Part shown: one piece after another, positions 43,301 to 53,849 of the stretch
How the letters are laid out: each line of letters starts with the position of its first letter
Position numbering within the stretch: position 1 is the stretch's first letter
Assembly (NCBI GenBank): GCA_964276515.1
Contig: OZ193909.1
Coordinates: forward strand, 9,300,001 to 9,364,000
DNA: 64,000 nucleotides
DNA from: Gordius albopunctatus
Taxonomy: Eukaryota
Direction: 5' to 3'
Translations under genes and position numbers: made by a program
The notes under the pieces: generated by a model
The model's input: the letters and a program-made list of their open reading frames with translations, nothing else
Databases searched by the model: none
Told to the model about the DNA's origin: nothing

Positions 43301-46300
43301 ACTTTGAAATAATCATCGCATATAGCATGTTTCAAAAATTCAGCATTCTCGTCGCGATGAAACAAACTAATCGCAACAATATAACGTTGTCTTTCCTCAA
43401 AATGATAGTTCTCGCAGCTTAAAACTTCTTATAAGGAGTCGATCGAGATTAATAGGAATCTCAAATTAGCTTACTTTTATTGATTTTTTCAAGTTCTTTT
43501 ACATAAAATAACAAAAAATATATTTTTTAGCTCAAAATATTTAAAATTTTTGCCATTAAACCATATTCATCCGATGAAAGTTGTTATTTTCAGACGTGAT
43601 TTCCATATAAGAAGTAAAAATTTATCAGAATTAGATAACTATCACTTTGAAATCATCATCGCATATAGCATGTTTCAAAAATTCAGCACTCACGTCGCGA
43701 TAAAACAAACTAATCGCAACAATATAACGTTGTCTTTCCTCAAAATGATAGTTCTCGCAGCTTAAAACCTCTTATAAGGAGTCGATCGAGAATAATAGGA
43801 TTCTCAAATTAGCTTACTTTTATATATTTTTTCAAGTGGTTTTACATAAATTAACAAAAAATATATTTTTTAGCTAAAAATATTTCAAATTTTTTCCATT
43901 AAACCATATTCATCCGATGAAAGTTGTTATTTTTAGACGTGTATTCCATGATAAGAAGTAAAAATTTATCACAATTAGATAACTATTACTTTGAAATAAT
44001 CATCGCATATAGCATGTTTCAAAAATTAAGCACTCACGTCGCGATAAAACAAACTAATCGCAACAATATAACGTCGTCTTTCCTCAAAATGATAGTTCTC
44101 GCAGCTTAAAACTTCTTATAAGGAGTCGATCGAGATTATTAGGATTCTCAAATTAGCTTACTTTTATATATTTTTTCAAGTGGTTTTACATAAAATAACA
44201 AAAAATATATTTTTTAGCTCAAAATATTTCAAATTTTTTCCATTAAACCATATTCATCCGATGAAAGTTGTTATTTTCAGAAGTGATTTCCATGATAAGA
44301 AGTAAAAATTTATCAGAATTATATAACTATCACTTTGAAATCATCATCGCATATAGCATGTTTCAAAATTTCAGCACTCTCGTCGCGATGAAACAAACTA
44401 ATCGCAACAATATAACGTTGTCTTTCCTCAAAATGATAGTTCTCGCAGCTTAAAACTTCTTATAAGGAGTCGATCGAGAATAATAGGATTCTCAAATAAG
44501 CTTACTTTTATATATTTTTTCAAGTTCTTTTACATAAATTAACAAAAAATATATTTTTTAGCTCAAAATATTTAAAATTTTTGCCATTAAACCATATTCA
44601 TCCGATGAAAGTTGTTATTTTCAGACGTGATTTCCATATAAGAAGTAAAAATTTATCAGAATTAGATAACTATCACTTTGAAATCATCATCGCATATAGC
44701 ATGTTTCAAAAATTCAGCACTCATGTCGCGATAAAACAAACTAATCGCAACAATATAACGTTGTCTTTCCTCAAAATGATAGTTCTCGCAGCTTAAAACC
44801 TCTTATAAGGAGTCGATCGAGAATAATAGGATTCTCAAATTAGCTTACTTTTATATATTTTTTCAAGTGGTTTTACATAAATTAACAAAAAATATATTTT
44901 TTAGCTCAAAATATTTCAAATTTTTTCCATTAAACCATATTCATCCGATGAAAGTTGTTATTTTCAGACTTGATTTCCATATAAGAAGTAAAAATTTATC
45001 AGAATTAGATAACTATCACTTTGAAATCATCATCGCATATAGCATGTTTCAAAAATTCAGCACTCACGTCGCGATAAAACAAACTAATCGCAACAATATA
45101 ACGTCGTCTTTCCTCAAAATGATAGTTCTCGCAGCTAAAAACTTCTTATAAGGAGTCGATCGAGATTATTAGGATTCTCAAATTAGCTTACTTTTATATA
45201 TTTTTTCAAGTGGTTTTAAAAAAAATAACAAAAAATATTTTTTTTAGCTCAAAATATTTCAAATTTTTTCCATTAAACCATATTCATCCGATGAAAGTTG
45301 TTATTTTCAGACGTGATTTCCATGATAAGAAGTAAAAATTTATCAGAATTATATAACTATCACTTTGAAATCATCATCGCATATAGCATGTTTCAAAAAT
45401 TCAGCACTCTCGTCGCGATGAAACAAACTAATCGCAACAATATAACGTTGTCTTTCCTCAAAATGATAGTTCTCGCAGCTTAAAACTTCTTATAAGGAGT
45501 CGATCGAGATTATTAGGATTCTCAAATTAGCTTACTTTTATATATTTTTTCAAGATCTTTTACATCAAATAACAAAACATATATTTTTTTAGCTCAAAAT
45601 ATTTAAAATTATTTCCATTAACACATATTCATCCGATGAAAGTTGTTATTTTCAGACGTGTATTCCATGATAAGAAGTAAAAATTTATCAGAATTATATA
45701 ACTATCACTTTGAAATCATCATCGCATATAGCATGTTTTAAAAATTCAGCACTCTCGTCGCGATGAAACAAACTAATCGCAACAATATAACGTTGTCTTT
45801 CCTCAAAATGATAGTTCTCGCAGCTTAAAACTTCTTATAAGGAGTCGATCGAGATTAATAGGATTTTCAAATTAGATTACTTTTATATATTTTTTCAAGC
45901 TCTTTTACATAAAATAACAAAAAATATATTTTTTTAGCTCAAAATATTTAAAATTATTTCCATTAACACATATTCATCCGATAAAAGTTTTTATTTTCAG
46001 ACGTGATTTCCATGATAAGAAGTAAAAATTTATCACAATTAGATAATACTTTGAAATCATCGTCGCATATAGCATGTTTCAAAAATTCAGCACTCTCGTC
46101 GCGATGAAACAAACTAATCGCAACAATATAACGTTGTCTTTCCTCAAAATGATAGTTCTCGCAGCTTAAAACTTCTTATAAGGAGTCGATCGAGATTAAT
46201 AGGATTTTCAAATTAGCTTACTTTTATATATTTTTTCAAGCTCTTTTACATAAAATAACAAAAAATATATTTTTTAGCTCAAAATATTTAAAATTATTTC

Positions 46301-49300
46301 CATTAACACATATTCATCCGATGAAAGTTGTTATTTTCAGACGTGTATTCCATGATAAGAAGTAAAAATTTATCAGAATTAGATAACTATCACTTTGAAA
46401 TCATCATCGCATATAGCATGTTTCAAAAATTCAGCACTCACGTCGCGATAAAACAAACTAATCGCTACAATTTAACGTCGTCTTTCCTCAAAATGATAGT
46501 TCTCGCAGCTTAAAACTTCTTATAAGGAGTCGATCGAGATTAATAGGATTCTCAAATTAGCTTACTTTTATTTATTTTTTCAAGTTCTTTTACATAAAAT
46601 AACAAAAAATATATTTTTTAGCTCAAAATATTTCAAATTTTTTCCATTAAACCATATTCATCCGATGAAAGTTGTTATTTTCAGACGTGATTTCCGTAAG
46701 AAGTAAAAATTTATCAGAATTATATAACTATCACTTTGAAATCATCATCGCATATAGCATGTTTCAAAAATTCAGCACTCTCGTCGCGATGAAACAAACT
46801 AATCGCAACAATATAACGTTGTCTTTCCTCAAAATGATAGTTCTCGCAGCTTAAAACTTCTTATAAGGAGTCGATCGATATTAATAGGATTCTCAAATTA
46901 GCTTACTTTTATATATTTTTTCAAGATCTTTTACATCAAATAACAAAAAATATATATTTTTTTAGCTCAAAATATTTAAAATTTTTTCCATTAACACATT
47001 CATCCGATGAAAGTTGTTATTTTCAGACGTGATTTCCATGATAAGAAGTAAAAATTTATCACAATTAGATAATACTTTGAAATCATCGTCGCATATAGCA
47101 TGTTTCAAAAATTCAGCACTCACGTAGCGATAAAACAAACTAATCGCAACAATATAACGTTGTCTTTCCTCAAAATGATAGTTCTCGCAGCTTAAAACTT
47201 CTTATAAGGAGTCGATCGAGAATAATAGGATTCTCAAATTAGCTTACTTTTATATATTTTTTCAAGTTCTTTTACATAAAATAACAAAATATATATTTTT
47301 TAGCTCAAAATATTTAAAATTATTTCCATTAACACATATTCATCCGATGAAAGTTGTTATTTTCAGACGTGTATTCCATGATAAGAAGTAAAAATTTATC
47401 AGAATTATATAACTATCACTTTGAAATCATCATCGCATATAGCATGTTTCAAAAATTCAGCACTCTCGTCGCGATGAAACAAACTAATCGCAACAATATA
47501 ACGTTGTCTTTCCTCAAAATGATAGTTCTCGCAGCTTAAAACTTCTTATAAGGAGTCGATCGAGATTAATAGGATTTTCAAATTAGCTTACTTTTATATA
47601 TTTTTTCAAGCTCTTTTACATAAAATAACAAAAAATATATTTTTTAGCTCAAAATATTTAAAATTATTTCCATTAACACATATTCATCCGATGAAAGTTG
47701 TTATTTTCAGACGTGTATTCCATGATAAGAAGTAAAAATTTATCAGAATTAGATAACTATCACTTTGAAATCATCATCGCATATAGCATGTTTGAAAAAT
47801 TCAGCACTCTCGTCGCGATGAAACAAACTAATCGCAACAATATAACGTTGTCTTTCCTCAAAATGATAGTTCTCGCAGCTTAAAACTTCTTATAAGGAGT
47901 CGATCGAGATTAATAGGATTTTCAAATTAGCTTACTTTTATATATTTTTTCAAGCTCTTTTACATAAAATAACAAAAAATATATATTTTTTAGCTCAAAA
48001 TATTTCAAATTTTTTCCATTAACACATATTCATCCGATGAAAGTTGTTATTTTCAGACGTGTATTCCATGATAAGAAGTAAAAATTTATCAGAATTATAT
48101 AACTATCACTTTGAAATCATCATCGTATATAGCATGTTTCAAAAATTCAGCACTCTCGTCGCGATGAAACAAACTAATCGCAACAATATAACGTTGTCTT
48201 TCCTCAAAATGATAGTCCTCGCAGCTTAAAACTTTCTATAAGGAGTCGATCGAGATTAATAGGATTTTCAAATTAGCTTACTTTTATATATTTTTTCAAG
48301 TTCTTTTACATAAAATAACAATATATATAGTTTTTTAGCTCAAAATATTTAAAATTATTTTCATTAAACCATATTCATCCGATGAAAGTTGTTATTTTCA
48401 GACGTGATTTTCATGATAAGAAGTAAAAATTTATCAGAATTATATAACTATCACTTTGAAATCATCATCGCATATAGCATGTTTCAAAAATTCAGCACTC
48501 ACGTCGCGATAAAACAAACTAATCGAAACAATATAACATTGTCTTTATTCAAAATGATAGTTCTCGCAGCTTAAAACTTCTTATAATGAGTCGATCGAGA
48601 ATAATAGGATTCTCAAATTAGCTTACTTTTATATATTTTTTCAAGTTCTTTTACATAAAATAACAAAATATATATTTTTTAGCTCAAAATATTTAAAATT
48701 ATTTCCATTAACACATATTCATCCGATAAAAGTTGTTATTTTCAGACGTGATTTCCATGATAAGAAGTAAAAATTTATCACAATTAGATAATACTTTGAA
48801 ATCATCGTCGCATATAGCATGTTTCAAAAATTCAGCACTCCGTAGCGATAAAACAAACTAATCGCAACAATATAACGTTGTCTTTCCTCAAAATGATAGT
48901 TCTCGCAGCTTAAAACTTCTTATAAGGAGTCGATCGAGAATAATAGGATTCTCAAATTAGCTTACTTTTATATATTTTTTCAAGTTCTTTTACATAAAAT
49001 AACAAAAAATATATTTTTTAGCTCAAAATATTTCAAATTTTTTCCATTAAACCATATTCATCCGATGAAAGTTGTTATTTTCAGACGTGATTTCCATATA
49101 AGAAGTAAAAATTTTTGCGATAAAACAAACTAATCGCAACAATATAACATTGTCTTTATTCAAAATGATAGTTCTCGCAGCTTAAAACATCTTATAAGGA
49201 GTCGATCGAGATTAATAGGATTCTCAAATTAGCTTAATTTTATATATTTTTTCAAGTTCTTTTACATAAAATAACAAAAAATATATTTTTTAGCTCAAAA

Positions 49301-49905
49301 TATTTCAAATTTTTTCCATTAAACCATATTCATCCGATGAAAGTTGTTATTTTCAGACTTGATTTTCATGATAAGAAGTAAAAATTTATCAGAATTATAT
49401 AACTATCACTTTGAAATCATCATCGCATATAGCATGTTTCAAAAATTCAGCACTCTCGTCGCGATGAAACAAACTAATCGCAACAATATAACGTTGTCTT
49501 TCCTCAAAATGATAGTTCTCGCAGCTTAAAACTTCTTATAAGGAGTCGATCGAGATTAATAAAATTTTCAAATTAGCTTACTTTTATATATTTTTTCAAG
49601 CTCTTTTACATAAAATAACAAAAAATATATTTTTTTAGCTCAAAATATTTAAAATTATTTCCATTAACACATATTCATCCGATGAAAGTTGTTATTTTCA
49701 GACGTGTATTCCATGATAAGAAGTAAAAATTTATCACAATTAGATAACTATTACTTTGAAATAATCATCGCATATAGCATGTTTCAAAAATTCAGCACTC
49801 TCGTCGCGATGAAACAAACTAATCGCAACAATATAACATTGTCTTTCCTCAAAATGATAGTTCTCGCAGCTTAAAACTTCTTATAAGGAGTGGATCGAGA
49901 ATAAT

Positions 49906-49982
49906 CGACATGCTTCAGCAATAGCCTTCCATCCGCTTCCACTGAGTAGGACAACGGCTCCGTTCTTGTTGCAATGAAGCCC
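49906..49982 (-). mobile_element. Possible inverted piece of the RTE endonuclease N-terminal region
   Basis: The minus strand reads GLHCNKNGAVVLLSGSGWKAIAEAC, which resembles the RTE endonuclease 'G…RNGVGIIL…V.EV.R.SDR' segment. No second copy in the window confirms it. Confidence 0.4.
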
Positions 49983-49985
49983 TCA

Positions 49986-50156
49986 TATTTTAGTCAAATT
50001 GACTATCTGCTCATACGGCGAAAGGACTTATGGAGTATCAAGGATTGCAAAGTGATCCCGGGAGAAGGAATCGCCAGTCAACATCGTCCCCTTGTTACGG
50101 ATCATAACAGAAAAGAGAAAGTGCCTGAGAAAACAAAATATCCCTGACGCATATAT
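49986..50156 (+). mobile_element. Fragment of an RTE-clade non-LTR retrotransposon (end of the AP-endonuclease joined to a short RT piece)
   Basis: 49986-50115 translates YFSQIDYLLIRRKDLWSIKDCKVIPGEGIASQHRPLVTD and closely matches the reverse complement of 63680-63809. 50121-50156 (CLRKQNIPDAYI) matches the reverse complement of ~62600-62635. Confidence 0.88.
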
Positions 50157-51497
50157 CTTTAACCCCACTTTACATGCATCAATGATCATAGTTTTTCAAT
50201 CCTCAAGAGATTAAAAGCTTATTCAAAAAATAGGATGTTAAGACCTCGGTGGAAAGAATTGTCAATTTCAAAAAATCATCGGTAAGGCTCCTACAGGTGA
50301 AGTATCAAAAAGACAATCGTTGGGCAAATGAAATCAGATGACTATTTATTATTACGTTTCACGTTCTGTACACAAAGTTTATACCAGTATCATTGATCCT
50401 ATTTTTCTAGATTTTTCTGCCAGAACTCATCACAGTCTGATAACTAAAATGCCTGTCAGGGCCCACACAAACCTTTCTAAAAGTCCGTTCAGCCATGCCT
50501 AAATCACTAAACTGGGCCCAAAATGATGATTTTAAATTTCAAGCATTCGTTTTGTCATATTTTCTAAAATTAGAGATTTAAATCTCGAATTGTTCAAATA
50601 AATAAGTGACAAAAAATCGTAAACTATATAAAAATCTCATTAAGCCCGTATTGCCCCAATCTTGTGAAAATTTGAATTTACTACAATTTTCTGCCCAGCA
50701 CCTAGGCCGAGATTGTTATAATCTCTATTTTTAATTAAAAATAAAATTGTTTAAAAAATTTAGCAGTCCACCCCCCCCCCCCCCGTGATTAAATCATGAT
50801 TACGTACCTGAAGCTGAAGGATATGAGTATAAAATATTCATAAATTAATGAGGGCTTACTAAGTCTTCTGGAAAAATTTTAATCTAAACGCGGAGTCGAG
50901 CCAAATTTTATACACATTGACTCTAAAATAAGTTATTTATATAAATATTATCCAATTAAAAAAGGGCTTATAACGGGGAAGGGGTGAGATAATCCCCCTT
51001 CCTAAGACTTGTAATATTCTTTCACTCGAAATCTAGAAATAAAATTTAATTTGTTGTTTTAAAGCTAAGATTTAAGCAATTATAAAGCTTTTAAAACTAA
51101 GAGCATCATTAAATATAATATAATTATAATAGAGTCGGTCATTCCCTGAACCCTGTATACTTATTTTTAAAGATAAAGTAATTAATTTAATAGGCCTGTC
51201 TTGGGGGTGAGACGGCACGACAGTTTATCCTAAGATAGAGGAGGAGAGGGTTAATGAAAGATGCGCTGATTTATTTTTATGTGAAAAATATCAAACTATA
51301 ATGGTCTAAAGGGTGGAGCTCCTGGACCCCCTGTTTTTTGTATAAAGTCAAACTCAGTCATGTACCCTTGCAAAAATCACGATGGTTAGTATAGTAAGCA
51401 GTGTCTAATATCTTTTTTTGACTTCTCCCTAAATCACACCTCACCCTCTAATTTAAATCATAACTACTCCCATATATATAAATAATACAAAAGGGAG

Positions 51498-52184
51498 TAG
51501 AGGCCTGCAAACTCTCTATTTTATAACTTGAACCTGACTCGAATGTGTTTAAATTCAATCCCAATTCTACCCGACCCGAGAGCGTTTTTTTTCAGCCCAA
51601 AACCGACCTGACTCAAAGGTAAAAAAGCATACGGTGTGTAAAATTTATCCCACCAATTAAAGTGTAAGCTTTAAGAAACTAATTGATGCCTTAGATTTTG
51701 AGTACTAAATTTATTTAAACAATTTATTATAATTATGTATAAATATTAATCCACAATTTCGGTTCGCATATTAACCTTCTCTTTTATAAAATTTGCCCAG
51801 CAGTCGAAAAAAGAGGAAGCAGGGATGGCCAGAAAAATTAGAGCTAATAGAGCTAGACTGGAATATTTATAAGAATAGTCTCTCCGCCATTCAAAAATAT
51901 CAAAAATCCTAAACTCTACACCATATACTTATACACTATTTATATAAAATTAGAAAACTTAGTAAGCTAAAAAATGTGTCGTGGGTATTTTGTAAATATT
52001 GTTGTGAAATTTCCAACCTTCGGATCAACCCTGCATATTAATTTTCAACCCGAACACGATACAAACGCATTTTTTAAATTTTCAACCCCAACCCGAGCTA
52101 AAAATATTTCAAAATTTTCAACCTAAACCCCACCCTACCGGGAGACTTGAAAATTTCAACTCGAGTCACTTGTGCAGGCCTCTA
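51498..52184. mobile_element. Non-autonomous DNA transposon (MITE), possibly hAT-like
   Basis: Perfect 12-bp terminal inverted repeat TAGAGGCCTGCA…TGCAGGCCTCTA, with clusters of ACCCGA/ACCTGA-like subterminal motifs near both ends (51531-51612, 52027-52135). No target-site duplication is visible. Confidence 0.6.
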
Positions 52185-52780
52185 GTACCTGGTGGTCCTT
52201 ACGTAATGCGCATAATAATTTCATATCAATATAATAGTAATCGTACAACGCGAGATCACATTTTCCTAGAAGGACATTTGCTTAGGATTTTAAGAGCAGT
52301 TAATAATTATAGTAGTAAATATCATAATAGAAACCCATCAATTTGTATACTGAATTTCGCAATATACATAATCTTTATTATAACGCATTTTTGAGGGATG
52401 ATATTATCCTTATGGTTTAATCTTGTTTCATTTGGTTATTCTGCTAGCAATAGTTTTTTCAGTAAAACAATAGATTACATGACTCGTTTTAGATAACTTG
52501 TAGTACTTGTTTGGTATGCAACTTAAAACAACATATGCAGAATACATAAAGACTTTATAAAAGCACCCAAAAAGGGGGGGGGGGGGTAGGAGTTTACCTT
52601 TTAAAATATAATTTTTAATAAAAAAATATCAAAAATTTAACAAAAAGTATGTAATTGATTGCTATAAATATTTTCAAATAATTTTAATAATTGGTTGCAC
52701 GCAAATGATATTTTGTTGTTTAATCTTTGTAAACCTCTTAATTACATGTTTCTTATAATAATATGCATTACGGGTTAGAC

Positions 52781-52923
52781 CATAGGAGTAGTTAGAGGAG
52801 GCACTTAATCCTAAACTCTTTAAAATTTAATAAAATTATCACTCAAATTTCAAAAAAATATTATTTTACACCTCCATAGATTAATAATGCCCCGCTTTAA
52901 CTCCAATTCTGGCTACGCCTATG
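52781..52923. mobile_element. Short hAT-type MITE (143 bp)
   Basis: Imperfect TIRs CATAGGAGTAGTTAG / CTGGCTACGCCTATG. The flanking 8-mers GGTTAGAC and GATTAGAG match at 6/8 with a central TA, consistent with a decayed 8-bp TSD. Confidence 0.6.
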
Positions 52924-53002
52924 GATTAGAGTAATAAAAATTTCTTATTCAGATTCATCAATGATATTACCGGATAGGCTAAGAGCAATGTACAATAATT
53001 TG

Positions 53003-53196
53003 TGTAGAGAGGTAATAGGAGTGCGAAGTGCCTCCGGGGATACGTTAGTTACCTGTATGTTGTCGTTATTTACCTGTGTGTTGTCAATCAAATTATCATT
53101 AATTAGTTGTAACTTATAAATGTACTATTTTATTACTATTGTGTTGTGATATACTTTCGTAAGGTGTTTTGGAGATTATTTCCCCGCTCCTTAACA
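53003..53196 (+). repeat. 5' LTR (194 bp)
   Basis: TGTAGAGAGGTAATAGGAGTGC…TTTCCCCGCTCCTTAACA; direct repeat of 55893-56114. Confidence 0.95.
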
Positions 53197-53197
53197 G

Positions 53198-53212
53198 TGG
53201 CATCGTGAAACC
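53198..53212 (+). promoter_or_regulatory. Primer-binding site (degenerate; priming tRNA uncertain)
   Basis: TGGCATCGTGAAACC begins 1 bp after the 5' LTR; TGG is complementary to the tRNA CCA end. Confidence 0.6.
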
Positions 53213-53221
53213 TACGCGGAG

Positions 53222-53820
53222 ATGCAGAAATATAAAACAACGGCGAACATCGACGCTTTCATAACACAATTTGAGCTATTCCTAAGGAGCAATAAGACGG
53301 AGACAGATGAGCAAAAAGCAGCTTTATTATTAACCAGCCTGTATCGGGAGGCATTCCAATTAACACTAGAGGATTATACACCTCAAATGTTGACAGGAAT
53401 TACATATGAAGAAGCTAAAAATCGGTTAAGAAAATTATTCCAGAGGAATTAAAGCGCGAGGGCAAAGAGGTATGAATTCTCAAAGGTTCGACAAAGCCAG
53501 GGAGAGAGGATAGACGCGTACGCTAATAGACTCAAGGCCGGAGATAACATCTGCAACTTCGGGAACAAAGAGTTGCAGAACAGAATCGTCGACCAATTCA
53601 TTATAGTATTGCGCGATAAAAGCTTACAGGCGAGACTGTTGGCCGAAAATTACATTAAATGGGACCGCCTACGAGAGCTGGCGTTAACGACTGAGACGAT
53701 AAATGAGAGCTAAGCACCTTGCAGGACAAGCCCGAAGAGGCGTGGAGCGTAGTGGCGAGACGAGAATACTGGCCTGGGCCGGCCCGGATTCCCAGGTTAA
53801 ACCATGCTTTAGATGTGTTA
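53222..53820 (+). pseudogene. gag: Retrotransposon gag, interrupted by stops and a frameshift
   Basis: ORF 53222-53452 continues in frame past its TAA as SARAKRYEFSKVRQSQGERIDAYANRLKAGDNICNFGNKELQNRIVDQFIIVLRDKSLQARLLAE to TAA 53711-53713. A truncated zinc-knuckle start (CFRC) lies at ~53805-53816. Confidence 0.85.
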
Positions 53821-53849
53821 ACAGTAGATATATATATATTAAAAGCGAG

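Larger units (their letters stand above)
1..49905. repeat. Tandem satellite array, ~344-bp monomer (mostly 340-346 bp, two of ~272 bp), ~145 copies, head-to-tail, open at the window's left edge
   Basis: The same unit (…CATATTCATCCGATGAAAGTTGTTATTTTCAGACGTG…GGAGTCGATCGAGA…) recurs every 342-345 bp, as the ORF-track starts show. The last monomer stops at …GGAGTGGATCGAGAATAAT (49905). Hand count of the first monomer gives 94 G+C in 342 bp. Confidence 0.99.

Noticed and set aside
48..49874. Over 130 near-identical 60-94 aa ORFs as a tandem small-protein gene family
   Set aside because: Most start at TTG or GTG and have no recognisable domain. The frame is freely broken by recurrent 1-bp and 4-bp deletions, CAA>TAA changes and a 71-bp deletion. 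Variants are mostly non-synonymous, and the non-ORF half of the monomer is about as conserved. This is a satellite artefact.
1..49905. CRISPR array or other repeat-spacer system
   Set aside because: There are no unique spacers, since the whole 344-bp unit repeats; no cas genes; eukaryotic context.
52170..52394. 74-aa ORF
   Set aside because: Non-ATG start overlapping a MITE end, no motif, no clear splice context.
50770..52590. Poly-C (50771-50784) and poly-G (52574-52586) runs as paired ends of one element
   Set aside because: No flanking inverted similarity or TSD is seen; homopolymers alone are not informative.
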